A DNA stretch of 64,000 nucleotides from an uncultured Actinomycetes bacterium. Its GTDB lineage: Bacteria; Actinomycetota; UBA4738; JBBDTT01. Below the pieces are notes generated by a model, which ran no database searches, was not told where the DNA came from, and saw only the letters and a list, made by a program, of their open reading frames with translations. This document shows positions 37,321 through 48,980 of this stretch, piece after piece; the stretch's first letter is position 1, and the number at the start of each line of letters is the position of its first letter. The stretch spans positions 416,001 through 480,000 of the forward strand of contig CAVUMN010000003.1 of the NCBI GenBank assembly GCA_963742735.1, in the 5' to 3' direction. The translations under genes and the position numbers were made by a program.

Positions 37321-38592
37321 ATGGATCGACTCCTCGTCGAGGGCGGCGTTCGGCTGTCCGGGACCGTTCGGGTCTCCGGCGCCAAGAACTCCGCGTTGAA
37401 GCTCATGGCGGCCGCGCTGCTTGCGGAGGGCCGGACGCGGATCGAGCGGGTACCCCGCATCAGCGACTGCCTCACGATGGCGGACGTCCTCGACCGCCTC
37501 GGCGCCGGGGTCTCGTGGGACGAGTCGGGGCTGTGGATCGACGCGTCGGGCACCCTCGGGATGGAGGCGCCCTACGACCTGGTCCGCCGGATGCGCGCGT
37601 CGATCATCGTGCTGGGACCGCTCCTCGCACGCCTGGGGGAGGCCAAGGTCGCCATGCCGGGCGGCTGCAACATCGGGTCGCGCAAGATCGACCTGCACAC
37701 GCGCGGCCTGGAGCGGATGGGCGTCGAGTTCGAGTACGAGCACGGCTTCCTGCTCGCCAAGGCCCGTCCGCTCCGCGGCGCGGTGGTATCCCTCGACTTC
37801 CCGAGCGTGGGGGCCACTGAGAACGTGCTGATGGCCGCCGTCGCCGCCCGGGGGACGACGGTCATCGAGAACGCCGCGCGCGAACCGGAGATCCAGGACC
37901 TCGTCGAGTTCCTGGTGAAGATGGGGGCCCGCATCGAGGGCGCCGGGACAACGACGATCGAGATCGAAGGCGCGACGTCGTTCCAGGCGGTCGAGCACAC
38001 GGTCATCCCCGACCGGGTCGAGGCGGGCACCTTCGCCCTGGCGGCCTGCGCCACGGCCGGGGAGGTGCTCCTCGAGGGGGCCCGGGCGGACCACCTGGAC
38101 CTGTTCCTGTCCAAGCTCTCCGAGATGGGGGCGCACGTGGAAACCGATCCGGCCGGCGTTCGCGTCTCCGCAGCGAGCCGGCCCGAGGCGGTGGACTTCG
38201 TCACGCTTCCGTATCCGGGGTTCCCCACCGATCTGCAGCCCCAGGCGATGGCCCTCCTCGCGTCGGCGCGGGGGACGAGCATCGCCACCGAGAACGTGTT
38301 CGAGAGCCGGTTCATGTTCGTCGACGAGCTGAACCGGATGGGCGCCGACATCCGCACCGAGGGCCATCACGCGGTCATCCGCGGCGTCGAGCGGCTGTCC
38401 GCGGCGCCGGTCCGGGCGCTGGACATCCGCGCGGGGGCGGCGATGCTCATCGCGGCCCTGGGCGCGGACGGGGAGACCGAGATCGCGGACGTGTTCCACA
38501 TCGACCGCGGCTACGAGGGGATCGAGGACAAGCTGGGACGGCTCGGGGCCCGCGTTCGCCGCGAGCCCGCGCTTTCCGCCGCCCGTTCATGA
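37321..38592 (+). CDS. murA: UDP-N-acetylglucosamine 1-carboxyvinyltransferase
   Basis: [31 protein letters not shown]; TAGAAT 7 nt before ATG. Confidence 0.97.
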   Translation: MDRLLVEGGVRLSGTVRVSGAKNSALKLMAAALLAEGRTRIERVPRISDCLTMADVLDRLGAGVSWDESGLWIDASGTLGMEAPYDLVRRMRASIIVLGPLLARLGEAKVAMPGGCNIGSRKIDLHTRGLERMGVEFEYEHGFLLAKARPLRGAVVSLDFPSVGATENVLMAAVAARGTTVIENAAREPEIQDLVEFLVKMGARIEGAGTTTIEIEGATSFQAVEHTVIPDRVEAGTFALAACATAGEVLLEGARADHLDLFLSKLSEMGAHVETDPAGVRVSAASRPEAVDFVTLPYPGFPTDLQPQAMALLASARGTSIATENVFESRFMFVDELNRMGADIRTEGHHAVIRGVERLSAAPVRALDIRAGAAMLIAALGADGETEIADVFHIDRGYEGIEDKLGRLGARVRREPALSAARS

Positions 38593-40765
38593 GGCGGGGC
38601 CGGCCGCTGCGCCGGGCGGCCGCCACCCTGGCCCTCGCCGTGCCACTCGTCCCCGTGTTCGCGGCCGCGGCCGCGGCCGCGCCGGACGATCCGCCCGCGC
38701 CGGCTCGTCGCGCGCTGTTGGTCATCCTGGACCGGGTGTCGTTCGAGGAGCTCATGGCCGTCCCCGAGTTCTTCGCGCTGGCCCGGGCCGGGGGCGCGGG
38801 CCTCCTCAGCCAGCGCCACCATCCCGACGACGGCGGGCTGGGGCCGTACCTCACGCTGGGAGCCGGCGCGAAGGCCGCGGTTCCCTCCTCGCGGATCGCT
38901 CCGCTGCCCAAGCGAGGCGGATTCCCCCCGAAACCCTCGCCGGGATACAGGCCGTGAACGACGGCGCCGTCCCCGGGCTCCTCGGGCAGCTGCTGATCGG
39001 CTCGGGGTTCGTCGTGGAGGCGTTCGGCAACGCCGACGATCGGTTCGGCCCCAACGCTCCCGGGTTGCTGGCGGCGATGGACCTCGGCGGCGCGGCCGAC
39101 GGCGAGATCCACGGTCTCGTGCGGCCCCTGCCCGCCTCGCTCGGCGCGTTCCGTACCGACTACGGCCGCCTGGGGTCGCGGCTCCAGGGACGGACCCGCG
39201 ATGGGAGTCCCGTGGCCGACCTGGCGGTGCTCGACCTGGGAGACACGCTGCGCATCGATGAGGAGTCCCGCTACGCCGCGCCCGGGCTGGCGGCCGAACA
39301 GCGGAAGGCGTCCCTGGCGTCGGCCGGGCGCTTCGTGCGCGCCATCGTCTCCGGGGTCGACGCCGAGACGATGGTGGTGCTGGTGGCTCCCTCGCCCTCG
39401 GAGGACATGCGGGACGCCGGAGACGTCGTCACCCCGATCGTGGTGGCCCGCGGTCCGGCCGCGAGCCTGTTTCCTGCGGTCGGCGATCCTCGCGGCCTGA
39501 CCAGTGACTCCACGCGCGTGGAGGGCCTGGTGCTGTCCGAGGACGTCGCACCGACCCTGCTGGAGTTCTTCGCGGTCTCGCAGCCCGACGAGATGACCGG
39601 CGCCGTCATCCGCCCCTCGGGTGAGGCGCCGTTCGCGCTGCACCGGCGGCACCTGGACCATCGACGGATCCGCATCCCGGTCCAGGCGACGATCCCCCTC
39701 GTCGGCCTCGCGGCCACCATCGCCGCCGCGGCGATCGCCATCGTCCGCCGGCGGGTCACCATGCGAGTGCTCGGGATCGCGGGGGCAGTGGCAACCTGCG
39801 CGATGGCGATCCCGCTCGGGCTGCTGGTGGCGGGACTGGCCCCGCGGCTGATCTACGCGCAGGTCCTGCCGATGGCGCTGCTCACGATCATCGGGGTCGG
39901 CCTGGTGGCGTGGACCGTGCGCGGCGACGACCCATCGCGGCCGGTGCGCATCGTTGCGGCCGTGACCGGCGTCGCCTTGATCGTCGACGGGTTCCTCGGA
40001 TGGCCGGCATCGAAGACCTCCCTCGCGGGGGCGACGGTGTTCGAGGGCCGCACCTACGGGGTGCGCAACCTGTGGCTCGGCCCGCTGCTGGCGGGAATGG
40101 TCCTCGTCGGCTCACGCCTTCGGGCCCGCCGGGCGCTGGCACTCGGCATCGCGGTCGCGGCGTTCATCGGTTTCCCCGGCCTGGGCGCGGACGCCGGAGG
40201 CTTCGTCACGATGTTCGCGTCGGCCTGGCTGCTGTACTTCTGGCTGGATCGGGGCGGGGTCGGGTGGCGGGAGGCCGCGATCACGGGAGCGGCCACCACC
40301 GCGGCCGTGGTGCTGCTGTTGATCCTGGACGGCGCGCTCAACCCCACGCCCACCCACGCCGGACGGTTCGCCGAGCGGGTCGCCTCGGACGGGTTCGGAA
40401 CGTTCTTCCGGGTGGCGGTGGAGCGGCTTCGTCTGTCGCTCGCCACGATCAACGCGATCCCGACCGCGTGGCTCATCGTCGTCTGGCACGTCGTGGCGGC
40501 GCGGCTCGCCCCTCGCGTTCGCGGCCCGGTCGGGGACGCGTTCGACCGGGCCCGGGGGTACCGTGAGGCCATGTGGGTGCTCGCGGTCGGCGCGCTCATC
40601 GCCATCGTCGCGAACGACACCGGCATCTCCTCGGCGCAGTCGGCGTGCGCGATCTCGATCGGGGGGTTCGTGGTCCCGGCGCTCGCCCTCAGGGCTCGCC
40701 GGGCGGCGAGGGCACCGGCGCCCCCTCGGGCCCGGCCTCGGCAGCTGACCGGTGTGGGCGCATGA
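38589..40765 (+). CDS. Large membrane protein: signal peptide + alkaline-phosphatase-like extracellular domain + multi-TM domain; split by a frameshift at a C-run near 38925
   Basis: ORFs 38589..38957 and 38954..40765 join into a sensible protein if the attccccccg run has an indel (…[19 protein letters not shown]); DVAPTLL, YG..N, GADAGG, THAGR, NDTG motifs. Confidence 0.65.
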
Positions 40766-41535
40766 CCTCCGAGCTTCCCCCGCCCCCAGTCGACTCCGAG
40801 CTCCCGCCGCCACCCGGCGCGACGGGCTCGTTCCCGCCGCCACCCGGCGAGGAACCCGCCGTCGCGACGTGGCGCGCCCTGGAGGCCATCCCGATCTTCC
40901 TGATCACGATCGTGCTGACGACCCTGTTCACGGTGGTGGGCTCGCAGCTGGTTGCCGGGTCGGGGCTCGAGGTGCTCGCGTCGGCGATCTTCGAGGTGGC
41001 GCTCGCGGCGGGCGTGCTTCTGTGGCTTCGGTGGTTCCACCGGCCCGGCATCGCCGCGCTGGGGCCGCCCCGCCGTCCGCTGCTCGAGGCTGCCCAGGGA
41101 TTGATCGGAGGGGTGGTCACCCGGCTGATCGCCGTGTTCGCGATCGGCCCGATCGTCGTGTTGCTTCTGGAGTGGTTCACGGACGGCCGCACCCGCGTCC
41201 CCGAGCAGGTGCCGACCGACCTGGAGGTCCTTCCCACCGTCCTGCTCGGCCTGGTCGTCGTGGTCGCCGCCCCCATCGGGGAAGAGCTGTTCTTTCGAGG
41301 CTTCCTGTTCCGGGGGCTGCGGGCCCGCCGCGGTTTCTGGGTCTCGGCGCTCGTCTCCTCGGCCGCGTTCGGGCTGGTGCACTACGTCGACGGCTCGTGG
41401 TTCTTCGTCCCGATCATGTTCCTGGTCGGGCTGTGCTTTGCGTACCTCTACGAACGCGAGGGCCGGATCCTGACGCCGATCGTCGCCCACGCGACGTTCA
41501 ACCTGATCGGGATCCTCTTCCTGACGCTGGGCTAG
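40762..41535 (+). CDS. CPBP (Abi/CAAX type II) intramembrane metalloprotease
   Basis: EELFFRG, FGLVH, HATFN motifs. Confidence 0.92.
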   Translation: MTSELPPPPVDSELPPPPGATGSFPPPPGEEPAVATWRALEAIPIFLITIVLTTLFTVVGSQLVAGSGLEVLASAIFEVALAAGVLLWLRWFHRPGIAALGPPRRPLLEAAQGLIGGVVTRLIAVFAIGPIVVLLLEWFTDGRTRVPEQVPTDLEVLPTVLLGLVVVVAAPIGEELFFRGFLFRGLRARRGFWVSALVSSAAFGLVHYVDGSWFFVPIMFLVGLCFAYLYEREGRILTPIVAHATFNLIGILFLTLG

Positions 41536-41598
41536 CGCGCCTGCGTGCGCCGCCCCCGCGTGCTTTACTCCCCTTCGTCGCAATGACAGGAGGTCGAC

Positions 41599-42018
41599 AT
41601 GGCCGAGTTCCCGAGCGAGGACTGGCTCAGCGAGTACGTCAAGCGCATCAACGAGTCCTCGGACTACAAGGAAGCGTCCGCCACCTGGGAGGGCGACGTC
41701 GCGTTCGTGTTCGAGGCCGAACCCGACAACGGCGTCCCCGAGGACATCTGGGCGTGGCTGGACCTGTGGCACGGGGAGTGCCGTCAGGGCAAGCTCGTGC
41801 CCGCCGAGGAGGGGGAGAAGGCGCGGTTCATCATCCGTGCTCCGTACTCCCGGTGGAAGGAAGTCATCCGCAAGGAGCTCGACCCGGTCAAGGGCATGAT
41901 GCAGGGCAAGCTCAAGCTGAAGGGCGACCTGCCGACGATCGTCCGGTACGTCAAGGCCTCGAACGAGCTGGTGAACCTGGCCGGGAGCGTGCCCACCGAG
42001 TTCGTCGACGAGCGATAG
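41599..42018 (+). CDS. SCP2 sterol/lipid-binding domain protein
   Basis: LDPVKGMMQGKLKLKGD; AGGAGG SD. Confidence 0.85.
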   Translation: MAEFPSEDWLSEYVKRINESSDYKEASATWEGDVAFVFEAEPDNGVPEDIWAWLDLWHGECRQGKLVPAEEGEKARFIIRAPYSRWKEVIRKELDPVKGMMQGKLKLKGDLPTIVRYVKASNELVNLAGSVPTEFVDER

Positions 42019-42027
42019 ACCGGCCCC

Positions 42028-43068
42028 GTGCGCGCCGTCGTCTTCCAGGAGGTCGGCACGATCCGGGTCGACGATCTTCCCGAGCCGACCATCGTGGAAC
42101 CCACCGACGCGATCGTTCGGATCTCGGCGGCGGGGATCTGTGGCTCGGACCTCCACATGCTGCACGGCAAGACCCCGCTCTTCGAGGGCGACCAGATCGG
42201 CCACGAGGGGATGGGGACCATCGCCGAGGTCGGGCCGGAGGTCACACGATTCAAGCCTGGTGACCGGGTCGTGATCGCGTTCGACATCGTCGACGGCGAC
42301 TGCTGGTTCTGCCGGCGGGGTCAGTCCGGTCTGTGCGAGAACTTCCGCAACCTCGGCGCCGGGATCTTCGGGGGGAGCCTGGGCGGGACCCAGGCCGAGC
42401 TCGTGCGCGTGCCGGTCGCGGACGTGAACCTGCTGGCGGTGCCCGAGGGTGTGGACGACGAGCACGCCGTGTTCGTCGGGGACATCCTCACCACGGGCGT
42501 CTACGGCTCCGGCATCTCCGGGATCCGGCCGGGCGACGTCGTGGCCGTGGTGGGGGCGGGCCCGGTCGGCTACTTCACCGCGCAGGCCGCGCGCCTGCAC
42601 GATCCGTCCGACGTCCTGGTGCTCGACATGCAGCCCGACCGCCTGGCCCTCATGGAGAAGGTCGGCGCCACCCCCATCAACGTCAAGGAGCGCAACGCCC
42701 AGTCGGCCGTGTCCGAACGCACGGAGGGCCGGGGCGCCGACGTGGTCATCGACGCCGTGGGGCACCTCTCGGCGTTCGAGTCCGCACTGGACGTCGTTCG
42801 CCGGGGTGGGATCCTGACCGTGCTGGGGCAGTACACGAGCGAGTCGGTCGACCTCCAGCTCGGGCTGGTTTACACGCGCGGGATCAACATCGTCATGTCG
42901 GGGCTCTCGCACATCCACTCGTGGTGGGAGCAGGCCATGCAGGCCGTCGTCGACGGGACGATCGATCCGATCCCGCTGATCAGCCATCGCATGAAGATCG
43001 ACGACGCGGTGGAGGGGTACCGCCTGTTCGAGGCGCGCGAGGCCACGAAGGTTCTCCTGGAGCCGTGA
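42028..43068 (+). CDS. Zinc-binding alcohol/formaldehyde dehydrogenase (MDR family)
   Basis: GICGSD, GHE, D..C..C...C structural site, GAGPVG. Confidence 0.92.
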   Translation: MRAVVFQEVGTIRVDDLPEPTIVEPTDAIVRISAAGICGSDLHMLHGKTPLFEGDQIGHEGMGTIAEVGPEVTRFKPGDRVVIAFDIVDGDCWFCRRGQSGLCENFRNLGAGIFGGSLGGTQAELVRVPVADVNLLAVPEGVDDEHAVFVGDILTTGVYGSGISGIRPGDVVAVVGAGPVGYFTAQAARLHDPSDVLVLDMQPDRLALMEKVGATPINVKERNAQSAVSERTEGRGADVVIDAVGHLSAFESALDVVRRGGILTVLGQYTSESVDLQLGLVYTRGINIVMSGLSHIHSWWEQAMQAVVDGTIDPIPLISHRMKIDDAVEGYRLFEAREATKVLLEP

Positions 43069-43084
43069 GGACGACCTCGAGCGC

Positions 43085-43501
43085 ATGACGGCCCGCGTGG
43101 AGTACCTGGACGAGGACCCCGCGGGTCTGGCCTCGATGATCGGCGGGCTCATCGAGGGCAACCTGGCGGCGCACCCCGACCGCGCGAAGCTGCTGAAGCC
43201 CGCCCTGGTGGGGATCATCGCGGACGACGCGGGCGTGGCCGTGACCCTGCGCTTCGCGCCGGGACTGGTCACGGTGGCCACCGGGTTGACCGGAGGCGCC
43301 GCCGACCTCCTGATCCGCACCACGTCGGAAGACCTCATGGCCCTGACCTCCGTTCCCCTGCGCCTGGGGTTGCCCGACGCGTTCACCGGTCCCGGGCGCG
43401 AGGTCATGGGCAAGCTTCTCTCCGGCAAGCTGAAGGTGAAGGGGATGTTCCGCCACCTGCCGGCGCTCACCCGACTCCAGCGGCTGCTCTCCGTCGCGTG
43501 A
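43085..43501 (+). CDS. SCP2-like hypothetical protein
   Basis: LLSGKLKVKG C-terminal SCP2-like motif. Confidence 0.55.
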   Translation: MTARVEYLDEDPAGLASMIGGLIEGNLAAHPDRAKLLKPALVGIIADDAGVAVTLRFAPGLVTVATGLTGGAADLLIRTTSEDLMALTSVPLRLGLPDAFTGPGREVMGKLLSGKLKVKGMFRHLPALTRLQRLLSVA

Positions 43502-44043
43502 GCGAGACCCGGCGTCGAACGTGGCCGGCCTCGGTGGGCCTGGTGGCCCTGATGTTCGCGGTCGCGTTCGGCGGCTACGTCGTCGCCGGCGAACAGGTCG
43601 CGGTCGACGCGGTCGAGATCGTCCCCGGCATCACGGTGCAGCCGGCGCCCGGATGGGAGGTGGCCGCTCGCGAGGCCGGCGAGTTCACGCTGGTCCGGCT
43701 CACCCGGGGCAACGGCAACCTGGACGTCGTGGCCGGCGGGTTCACCGGCGACGCGACGGCGCTCTTCCAGACGTTTCGCACTCAGGTCCTGGAGCCGGAC
43801 GCCCAGCAGCTCCGGGTCTCCGAGCAGACCGAATCCCTCCGGCATCCGTCGGGGCTGGAAGGGGTGCGCGGGTTCTACGTTGGGGTGTTCGGTGACCGCT
43901 CCCAGTCGATCGAGGGAGAGGTCACCGTCTTCGTCACCCCCTCCGGCGTCGGCGTGATCTTCGACGCCTGGGCGGGAGAGGGCGCGCTGAATACCGTCCT
44001 CGACGACGTCCACGCGATGGTCGAGTCGGCGGAGATGGGATGA
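43498..44043 (+). CDS. Membrane-anchored extracytoplasmic hypothetical protein
   Basis: N-terminal TM, P..GW motif, translationally coupled to prsW-like gene. Confidence 0.6.
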   Translation: MSETRRRTWPASVGLVALMFAVAFGGYVVAGEQVAVDAVEIVPGITVQPAPGWEVAAREAGEFTLVRLTRGNGNLDVVAGGFTGDATALFQTFRTQVLEPDAQQLRVSEQTESLRHPSGLEGVRGFYVGVFGDRSQSIEGEVTVFVTPSGVGVIFDAWAGEGALNTVLDDVHAMVESAEMG

Positions 44044-45263
44044 GCGTGCTTCCCGTCCCGCCGCGGCCCGACGTCCGCAGGCCTCGCTGGGGCCATACCA
44101 CGTCGCTGTTCCAGGTTCGCACGTTCGCGTTCTGGGTCTTCGCGTTGCTGGTCGCCGGCGCCGGGCTGATCTCGATCCAGCTCCAGGGCCGGTTCGCGGA
44201 CATCGCGCCGGCGGGATGGGTGCTGTCGTGGGTGCTGCTGCTGCTCTACGCCGTCCCGGTGTTCGCGCTGATCTACGTGTTGGACCTCTACGAGCGCGAG
44301 CCGATCTCCCTGATCCTGGGGGCGCTGCTGTGGGGCGCGTTCGTCGCTCCGATCGCCTCGGGGATCGGCAACGACGGGTGGGGGCTGCTCATCGCGAAGG
44401 TGGGCGGCGGGGAGTTCGCGGGGGAGTGGTCCGCCGCGCTCACCGCGCCGTGGATCGAGGAGATCATGAAGGCCGCCGGCGTCATGTTCCTGGTCCTCAT
44501 CGCCCGGGACGAGTTCGACGACGTGCTCGACGGCTTCGTGTACGGGGCGATGGTCGGCCTCGGGTTCACGGTCGTCGAGGACGTCTTCTATTTCATGAGC
44601 GTGTTCGGAGGACAGCCCGGCGGCGTCCTGGTCGGCTTCTTCCTCCGAGTGGTGGCCAGCGGCCTGTACGGGCACCTGCTCTACTCGGGCCTCACCGGGA
44701 TGGGCATCGCGTACTTCGTCACGCGAAAGGGCGAGGCGGGGTTCGCCCGCCGCTTCGGGGTCGCGGCCGCGCTGTTCGCCGCGGCGATGTTCGCCCACTT
44801 CCTGTGGAACTCGCCCCTGCTCGACTTCTTCCCGGACCAGCCCTGGACCGGCCTCGACTGGGTGCTGATCCCCCTGGCGACGGCCGTGAAGGGCGTGCCG
44901 GTGCTGGCGGGCGTGTACCTCGTGGTGTCGATGGCTCGCCGCCGCGAGGGCCGCTGGCTCGCCGCGGCGCTGGCCGACGAGGTCGGCAAGGGCGGCCTGC
45001 TCCCCGAGGAGCTCCAGACGCTGGCGTCGCCGGTGGCGAAGCGCCGCGCGATCAAGGAGATGCGCACACGCGCGGGCTCCGGCGCCGCGAAGCTGCTCAA
45101 GCGGCTCCACCGCCAGCAGATCAACCTGGCCATGGTGCGAACGCGGGTGGACGGCGACGATCACCCCGACCTGGTCCGGCAGCGGGAGTACTGTGGTTCG
45201 TTGCGTGCGGCGCTGCTGGCGATGCCCGGAGCGGCCCCGGCCCTCGCCGCTCCGGCAAGCTGA
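44040..45263 (+). CDS. PrsW-family intramembrane metalloprotease
   Basis: YEREP, EEIMK, GLGFTVVED, H..Y, HFLWN. Confidence 0.9.
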   Translation: MSVLPVPPRPDVRRPRWGHTTSLFQVRTFAFWVFALLVAGAGLISIQLQGRFADIAPAGWVLSWVLLLLYAVPVFALIYVLDLYEREPISLILGALLWGAFVAPIASGIGNDGWGLLIAKVGGGEFAGEWSAALTAPWIEEIMKAAGVMFLVLIARDEFDDVLDGFVYGAMVGLGFTVVEDVFYFMSVFGGQPGGVLVGFFLRVVASGLYGHLLYSGLTGMGIAYFVTRKGEAGFARRFGVAAALFAAAMFAHFLWNSPLLDFFPDQPWTGLDWVLIPLATAVKGVPVLAGVYLVVSMARRREGRWLAAALADEVGKGGLLPEELQTLASPVAKRRAIKEMRTRAGSGAAKLLKRLHRQQINLAMVRTRVDGDDHPDLVRQREYCGSLRAALLAMPGAAPALAAPAS

Positions 45264-45305
45264 AGGTTCCGAGCCGCTCCGGGAGCCCTCGTCTACGCTA
45301 GCCGG

Positions 45306-46259
45306 GTGGACGTCCCGGCCCTGATCCAGGAGGTGCGCTCCGGCGACCGCCGGGCCATCGCCCGCGCGATCTCGATGGTCGAGGACGACTCCGACGGCCT
45401 GCCCGAGCTCTCGCGCGGCCTGTTCGCCCATACCGGCCGCGCGCACACGGTCGGCCTCACCGGGTCGCCCGGTGTGGGCAAGTCGAGCCTGACCGAGCAG
45501 CTCGTCCGCGCCGCGCGGGGACGAGATCGGGGGGTGGCGGTGCTCGCCATCGACCCGACGTCGCCGTTCACCGGCGGGGCGCTCCTCGGCGACCGCCTGC
45601 GGATGCAGTCGCACGCCACCGACCCCGAGGTGTTCATCCGCTCGATGGCCACCCGTGGTCACCTGGGCGGGATGGCGCTGGCCGCCCCGGAGGCGATCAG
45701 GATCCTCGACGCCGCCGGCAAGGACGTGGTGTTCGTGGAGACGGTTGGGGTGGGCCAGGCCGAAGTCCAGGTCGCCAGCGCCACCGACACGACCCTGGTG
45801 GTGGTCGCGCCGGGGTGGGGCGACGCGGTGCAGGTCAGCAAGGCGGGGATCCTCGAGATCGCCGACGTGTTCGTCGTGAACAAGGCCGATCGCGACGGGG
45901 CCGCGGAGGCCGCACGGGACCTGGAGCAGATGATCGGGATGGGACCCGAGCTCGACTGGACCCCGCCGATCGTTCGGACCTCCGCCGCGAACGGCGAAGG
46001 CATCGACGAGCTGTGGGAGGCGATCGAGGGCCATCGCAAGCACCTCGAGGCCGGCGGCCAGCTGGAGCGCAGGCGCCGGGAACGCTTGGCGGAGGAGCTC
46101 GAGGACATGGTTTCCCTCCGCCTCCGTCGGGAGGTCGCCGGCCTGCTCGAGGGCGAGCTCGGGGGGGTGGCCGACGACGTCGCCGAGCGCCGGATGGATC
46201 CGTACGAGGCGGCCGGTATCCTGTTGGAGCGCGTACGAGGCAGGGAGGCCGGCGCATGA
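45306..46259 (+). CDS. meaB: Acyl-CoA mutase-associated GTPase
   Basis: [38 protein letters not shown]. Confidence 0.95.
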   Translation: MDVPALIQEVRSGDRRAIARAISMVEDDSDGLPELSRGLFAHTGRAHTVGLTGSPGVGKSSLTEQLVRAARGRDRGVAVLAIDPTSPFTGGALLGDRLRMQSHATDPEVFIRSMATRGHLGGMALAAPEAIRILDAAGKDVVFVETVGVGQAEVQVASATDTTLVVVAPGWGDAVQVSKAGILEIADVFVVNKADRDGAAEAARDLEQMIGMGPELDWTPPIVRTSAANGEGIDELWEAIEGHRKHLEAGGQLERRRRERLAEELEDMVSLRLRREVAGLLEGELGGVADDVAERRMDPYEAAGILLERVRGREAGA

Positions 46260-47923
46260 CCGAGGGATTCCGTGAGGGCCACGACCGGTGGCGCGAGCAC
46301 TTCCTGAAGACCTCCGAGCGCGACGCCGACTTCGAGACGCTCTCCGGCGAGCCGCTGCAGGCGCTGTACACGCCCGACGACGTCAAGGACCTCGACTACA
46401 CGCGCGATCTGGGCTTCCCCGGCCACTACCCGATGACCCGGGGGCCCTACCACTCGATGTACCGCGGACGGCTGTGGACGATGCGCCAGTTCGCCGGGTT
46501 CGGCAGCGCCCGCGAGACGAACGAGCGCTACAAGTACCTGCTGTCCCAGGGCCAGGGCGGACTGTCGGTGGCCTTCGACATGCCGACGCTGATGGGTCGC
46601 GACTCGGACGACCCGCGGAGCGAGGGCGAGGTCGGCCGCTGCGGAGTGGCCACCGACTCGCTCGCCGACTTCGAGACGCTCTTCGAGGGGATCCCCCTCG
46701 GCGACATCTCGACGTCGATGACGATCTCGGGGCCGGCCACGATCCTGTTCGCGTTCTTCCTGGCCGCGGCGGATCGGCAGGGCGTGCCCTGGAGCGCCCT
46801 GGACGGGACGCTGCAGACGGACATCCTCAAGGAGTACATCGCGCAGAAGGAGTGGATCTTCCCGCCGCGTCCTCACCTGCGGCTGATCGCCGACCTGATC
46901 GAGTTCTGCGCGCAGGAGGTGCCCCAGTTCCACCCGATCAGCGTGAGCGGCTACCACATCCGCGAGGCCGGCTCGACCGCCGCCCAGGAGCTGGCGTTCA
47001 CCCTGGCCGACGGGTTCGCCTACGTGGAGCTGGGGCGGGACCGAGGACTGGACATCGACCACTTCTCGCAGGGGCTCTCGTTCTTCTTCAACGCCCACAT
47101 CGACTTCTTCGAGGAGATCGCGAAGTACCGGGCGGCCCGAAGAATCTGGGCGCGGTGGATGAAGGAGCGCTACGGGGCGGTCGACGAGCGATCATGGCGG
47201 CTGCGGTTCCACACGCAGACGGCGGGCTGCTCGCTGACTGCGCAGCAGCCCGAGAACAACATCGTCCGGACGGCGATCGAGGCGCTGGCCGGCGTCCTCG
47301 GGGGCACCCAGTCGCTGCACACCAACGCGCTGGACGAGGTGCTGGCGCTGCCGACGGAGAAGACCGCCGAGATCGCCCTGCGCACCCAGCAGATCATCGC
47401 GTACGAGACGGGCGTCACGAACGTCATCGACCCCCTCGGCGGCTCGTACTTCGTCGAGGCTCTCACCGGCAAGCTCGAGGACCGGGCCGAGGAGTACTTC
47501 TCGAAGATCGAAGCGTTCGGCAAGGGCTCGATCCTCGAGGGCGTCCTGGTGGGGATCGAGCGAGGCTGGTTCCAGTCCGAGATCGCCGACGCCGCGTTCC
47601 GGGAGCAGATGCTCTACGAGAAGGGACGGCTGGTGAAGGTGGGGGTGAACGAGTTCGTCACCGACCACGACGAGGAGCTCGACGTCCTGAAGATCTCGGC
47701 GGAGACCGAGCCGTATCAGATCGCGTCGGTGCGCGACATGCGGGCCGGCCGCGACGGGGCGAAGGCGGAGGCGGCCATGGCCAACCTGAAGCGCGCCGCC
47801 ACCACCGACGAGAACCTCATCCCGCTGCTCGTGGACTGCGCCCGCGCCTACTGCACCGAGGGAGAGATCGTCGATGCCCTCCGCGAGGTTTTCGGCGAGT
47901 ACACCGAGACCCCTCGCTTCTAG
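46256..47923 (+). CDS. icmA: B12-dependent acyl-CoA mutase large subunit, isobutyryl-CoA mutase type
   Basis: [10 protein letters not shown] (Phe instead of MCM Tyr) and KEYIAQKEW (Gln instead of MCM Arg); no B12-binding domain in the chain. Confidence 0.82.
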   Translation: MTEGFREGHDRWREHFLKTSERDADFETLSGEPLQALYTPDDVKDLDYTRDLGFPGHYPMTRGPYHSMYRGRLWTMRQFAGFGSARETNERYKYLLSQGQGGLSVAFDMPTLMGRDSDDPRSEGEVGRCGVATDSLADFETLFEGIPLGDISTSMTISGPATILFAFFLAAADRQGVPWSALDGTLQTDILKEYIAQKEWIFPPRPHLRLIADLIEFCAQEVPQFHPISVSGYHIREAGSTAAQELAFTLADGFAYVELGRDRGLDIDHFSQGLSFFFNAHIDFFEEIAKYRAARRIWARWMKERYGAVDERSWRLRFHTQTAGCSLTAQQPENNIVRTAIEALAGVLGGTQSLHTNALDEVLALPTEKTAEIALRTQQIIAYETGVTNVIDPLGGSYFVEALTGKLEDRAEEYFSKIEAFGKGSILEGVLVGIERGWFQSEIADAAFREQMLYEKGRLVKVGVNEFVTDHDEELDVLKISAETEPYQIASVRDMRAGRDGAKAEAAMANLKRAATTDENLIPLLVDCARAYCTEGEIVDALREVFGEYTETPRF

Positions 47924-47934
47924 GCGGCGCCACC

Positions 47935-48441
47935 TTGCCGGCGGTCGTCAGATCCCTCGAGGCGCACGAGTGGACGGCGCTGCGGGACGTGCGGCTTCGG
48001 GCGCTGGCCGACCCGGACGCCGAGATCGCGTTCGGCGAGCCGCTCGAAACCGCGCGGGCGCGACCCGAACAGGACTGGCGAGACCTGGCCGCTCGGGGGG
48101 CGGCGGGGGAGACCGACCGGGTCATCGTGGCGATCGACGACCGCGGGAGCCTCGCCGGGATGACCGCCGCGTTCCTGGAACGGGAGGGAACGAGCGCCCT
48201 CGTGTGGGGGATGTGGGTCGACTCGGAGCATCGGCGCCTCGGCCTGGGTCAGCGACTCCTGGGCTCCCTTGCCGAGTGGGCCGCGACCGTCGGGGCGGAG
48301 CGGCTTCGGCTGCACGTGACCGAGCCGAACCGCGCGGCTCGACGGCTCTACGAATCGGCCGGCTTCACGCCGACCGGCGAGCGGGAGCGTCACCGTCCCA
48401 ACGTGGACTACTGGGCGATCGAGCTCGAGCGCCCGGTCTGA
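47935..48441 (+). CDS. GNAT acetyltransferase
   Basis: MWVDSEHRRLGLG, N.AARRLYESAGF; TTG start inferred. Confidence 0.85.
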   Translation: MPAVVRSLEAHEWTALRDVRLRALADPDAEIAFGEPLETARARPEQDWRDLAARGAAGETDRVIVAIDDRGSLAGMTAAFLEREGTSALVWGMWVDSEHRRLGLGQRLLGSLAEWAATVGAERLRLHVTEPNRAARRLYESAGFTPTGERERHRPNVDYWAIELERPV

Positions 48442-48444
48442 GGC

Positions 48445-48924
48445 TCAGCCGTCTCCGCCCGGCCGCTGCGCCGAGTCGACGAACGTGGACCAGGCCAGAC
48501 CGGTGCCCAGCGCGATCAGCAGGCTGATCAGGATCCCCTCCACCAACAGCGGCGACAGGGTCGTGACGTCGGAGGCATAGTCGGGGGCGGCCCCCACGAC
48601 GGCGATCAGCACGTACAGGACGATGGCCCCGACCCGCAGGACCTGGACGGACGCGGCCGCGCGGAGGCCGGAGATGGATTCGGCGACGCCGGCGCCGCTG
48701 GCCAGCACGAACGAGGCTCGCCACAGGCCGGAGGTCTCGGGCGACACGAGAGCGAGCAGGCTCATCAGGCCGGGGAGCAAGAAGCAGAGGGAGACGCCGG
48801 CCACGGTGCGACGCCACCGCGGATCCGAGAACAGCTCGCTCCCGCGGATCTGCACCGCGACCCACCACAGCCCCAGCAGCGTGAAGCACACCGCCGACGC
48901 GGGTCCGTAGAAGTCCTTGGCCAT
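48445..48924 (-). CDS. Hypothetical membrane protein
   Basis: MAKDFY...CFTLLGLWW; five hydrophobic segments. Confidence 0.65.
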   Translation of the reverse strand: MAKDFYGPASAVCFTLLGLWWVAVQIRGSELFSDPRWRRTVAGVSLCFLLPGLMSLLALVSPETSGLWRASFVLASGAGVAESISGLRAAASVQVLRVGAIVLYVLIAVVGAAPDYASDVTTLSPLLVEGILISLLIALGTGLAWSTFVDSAQRPGGDG

Positions 48925-48980
48925 CGTCCGCCCATCCTCGCCCGATCCGAACGAGGTGTATTGCCTGGCGGGGGAGGCCG

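Noticed and set aside
40054-44013. Very long minus-strand ORF (1319 aa) and similar ones at 29728..32469, 17913..20981 (5' part) and 60032..62896
   Set aside because: GC-rich antisense shadows of recognisable genes; no motifs
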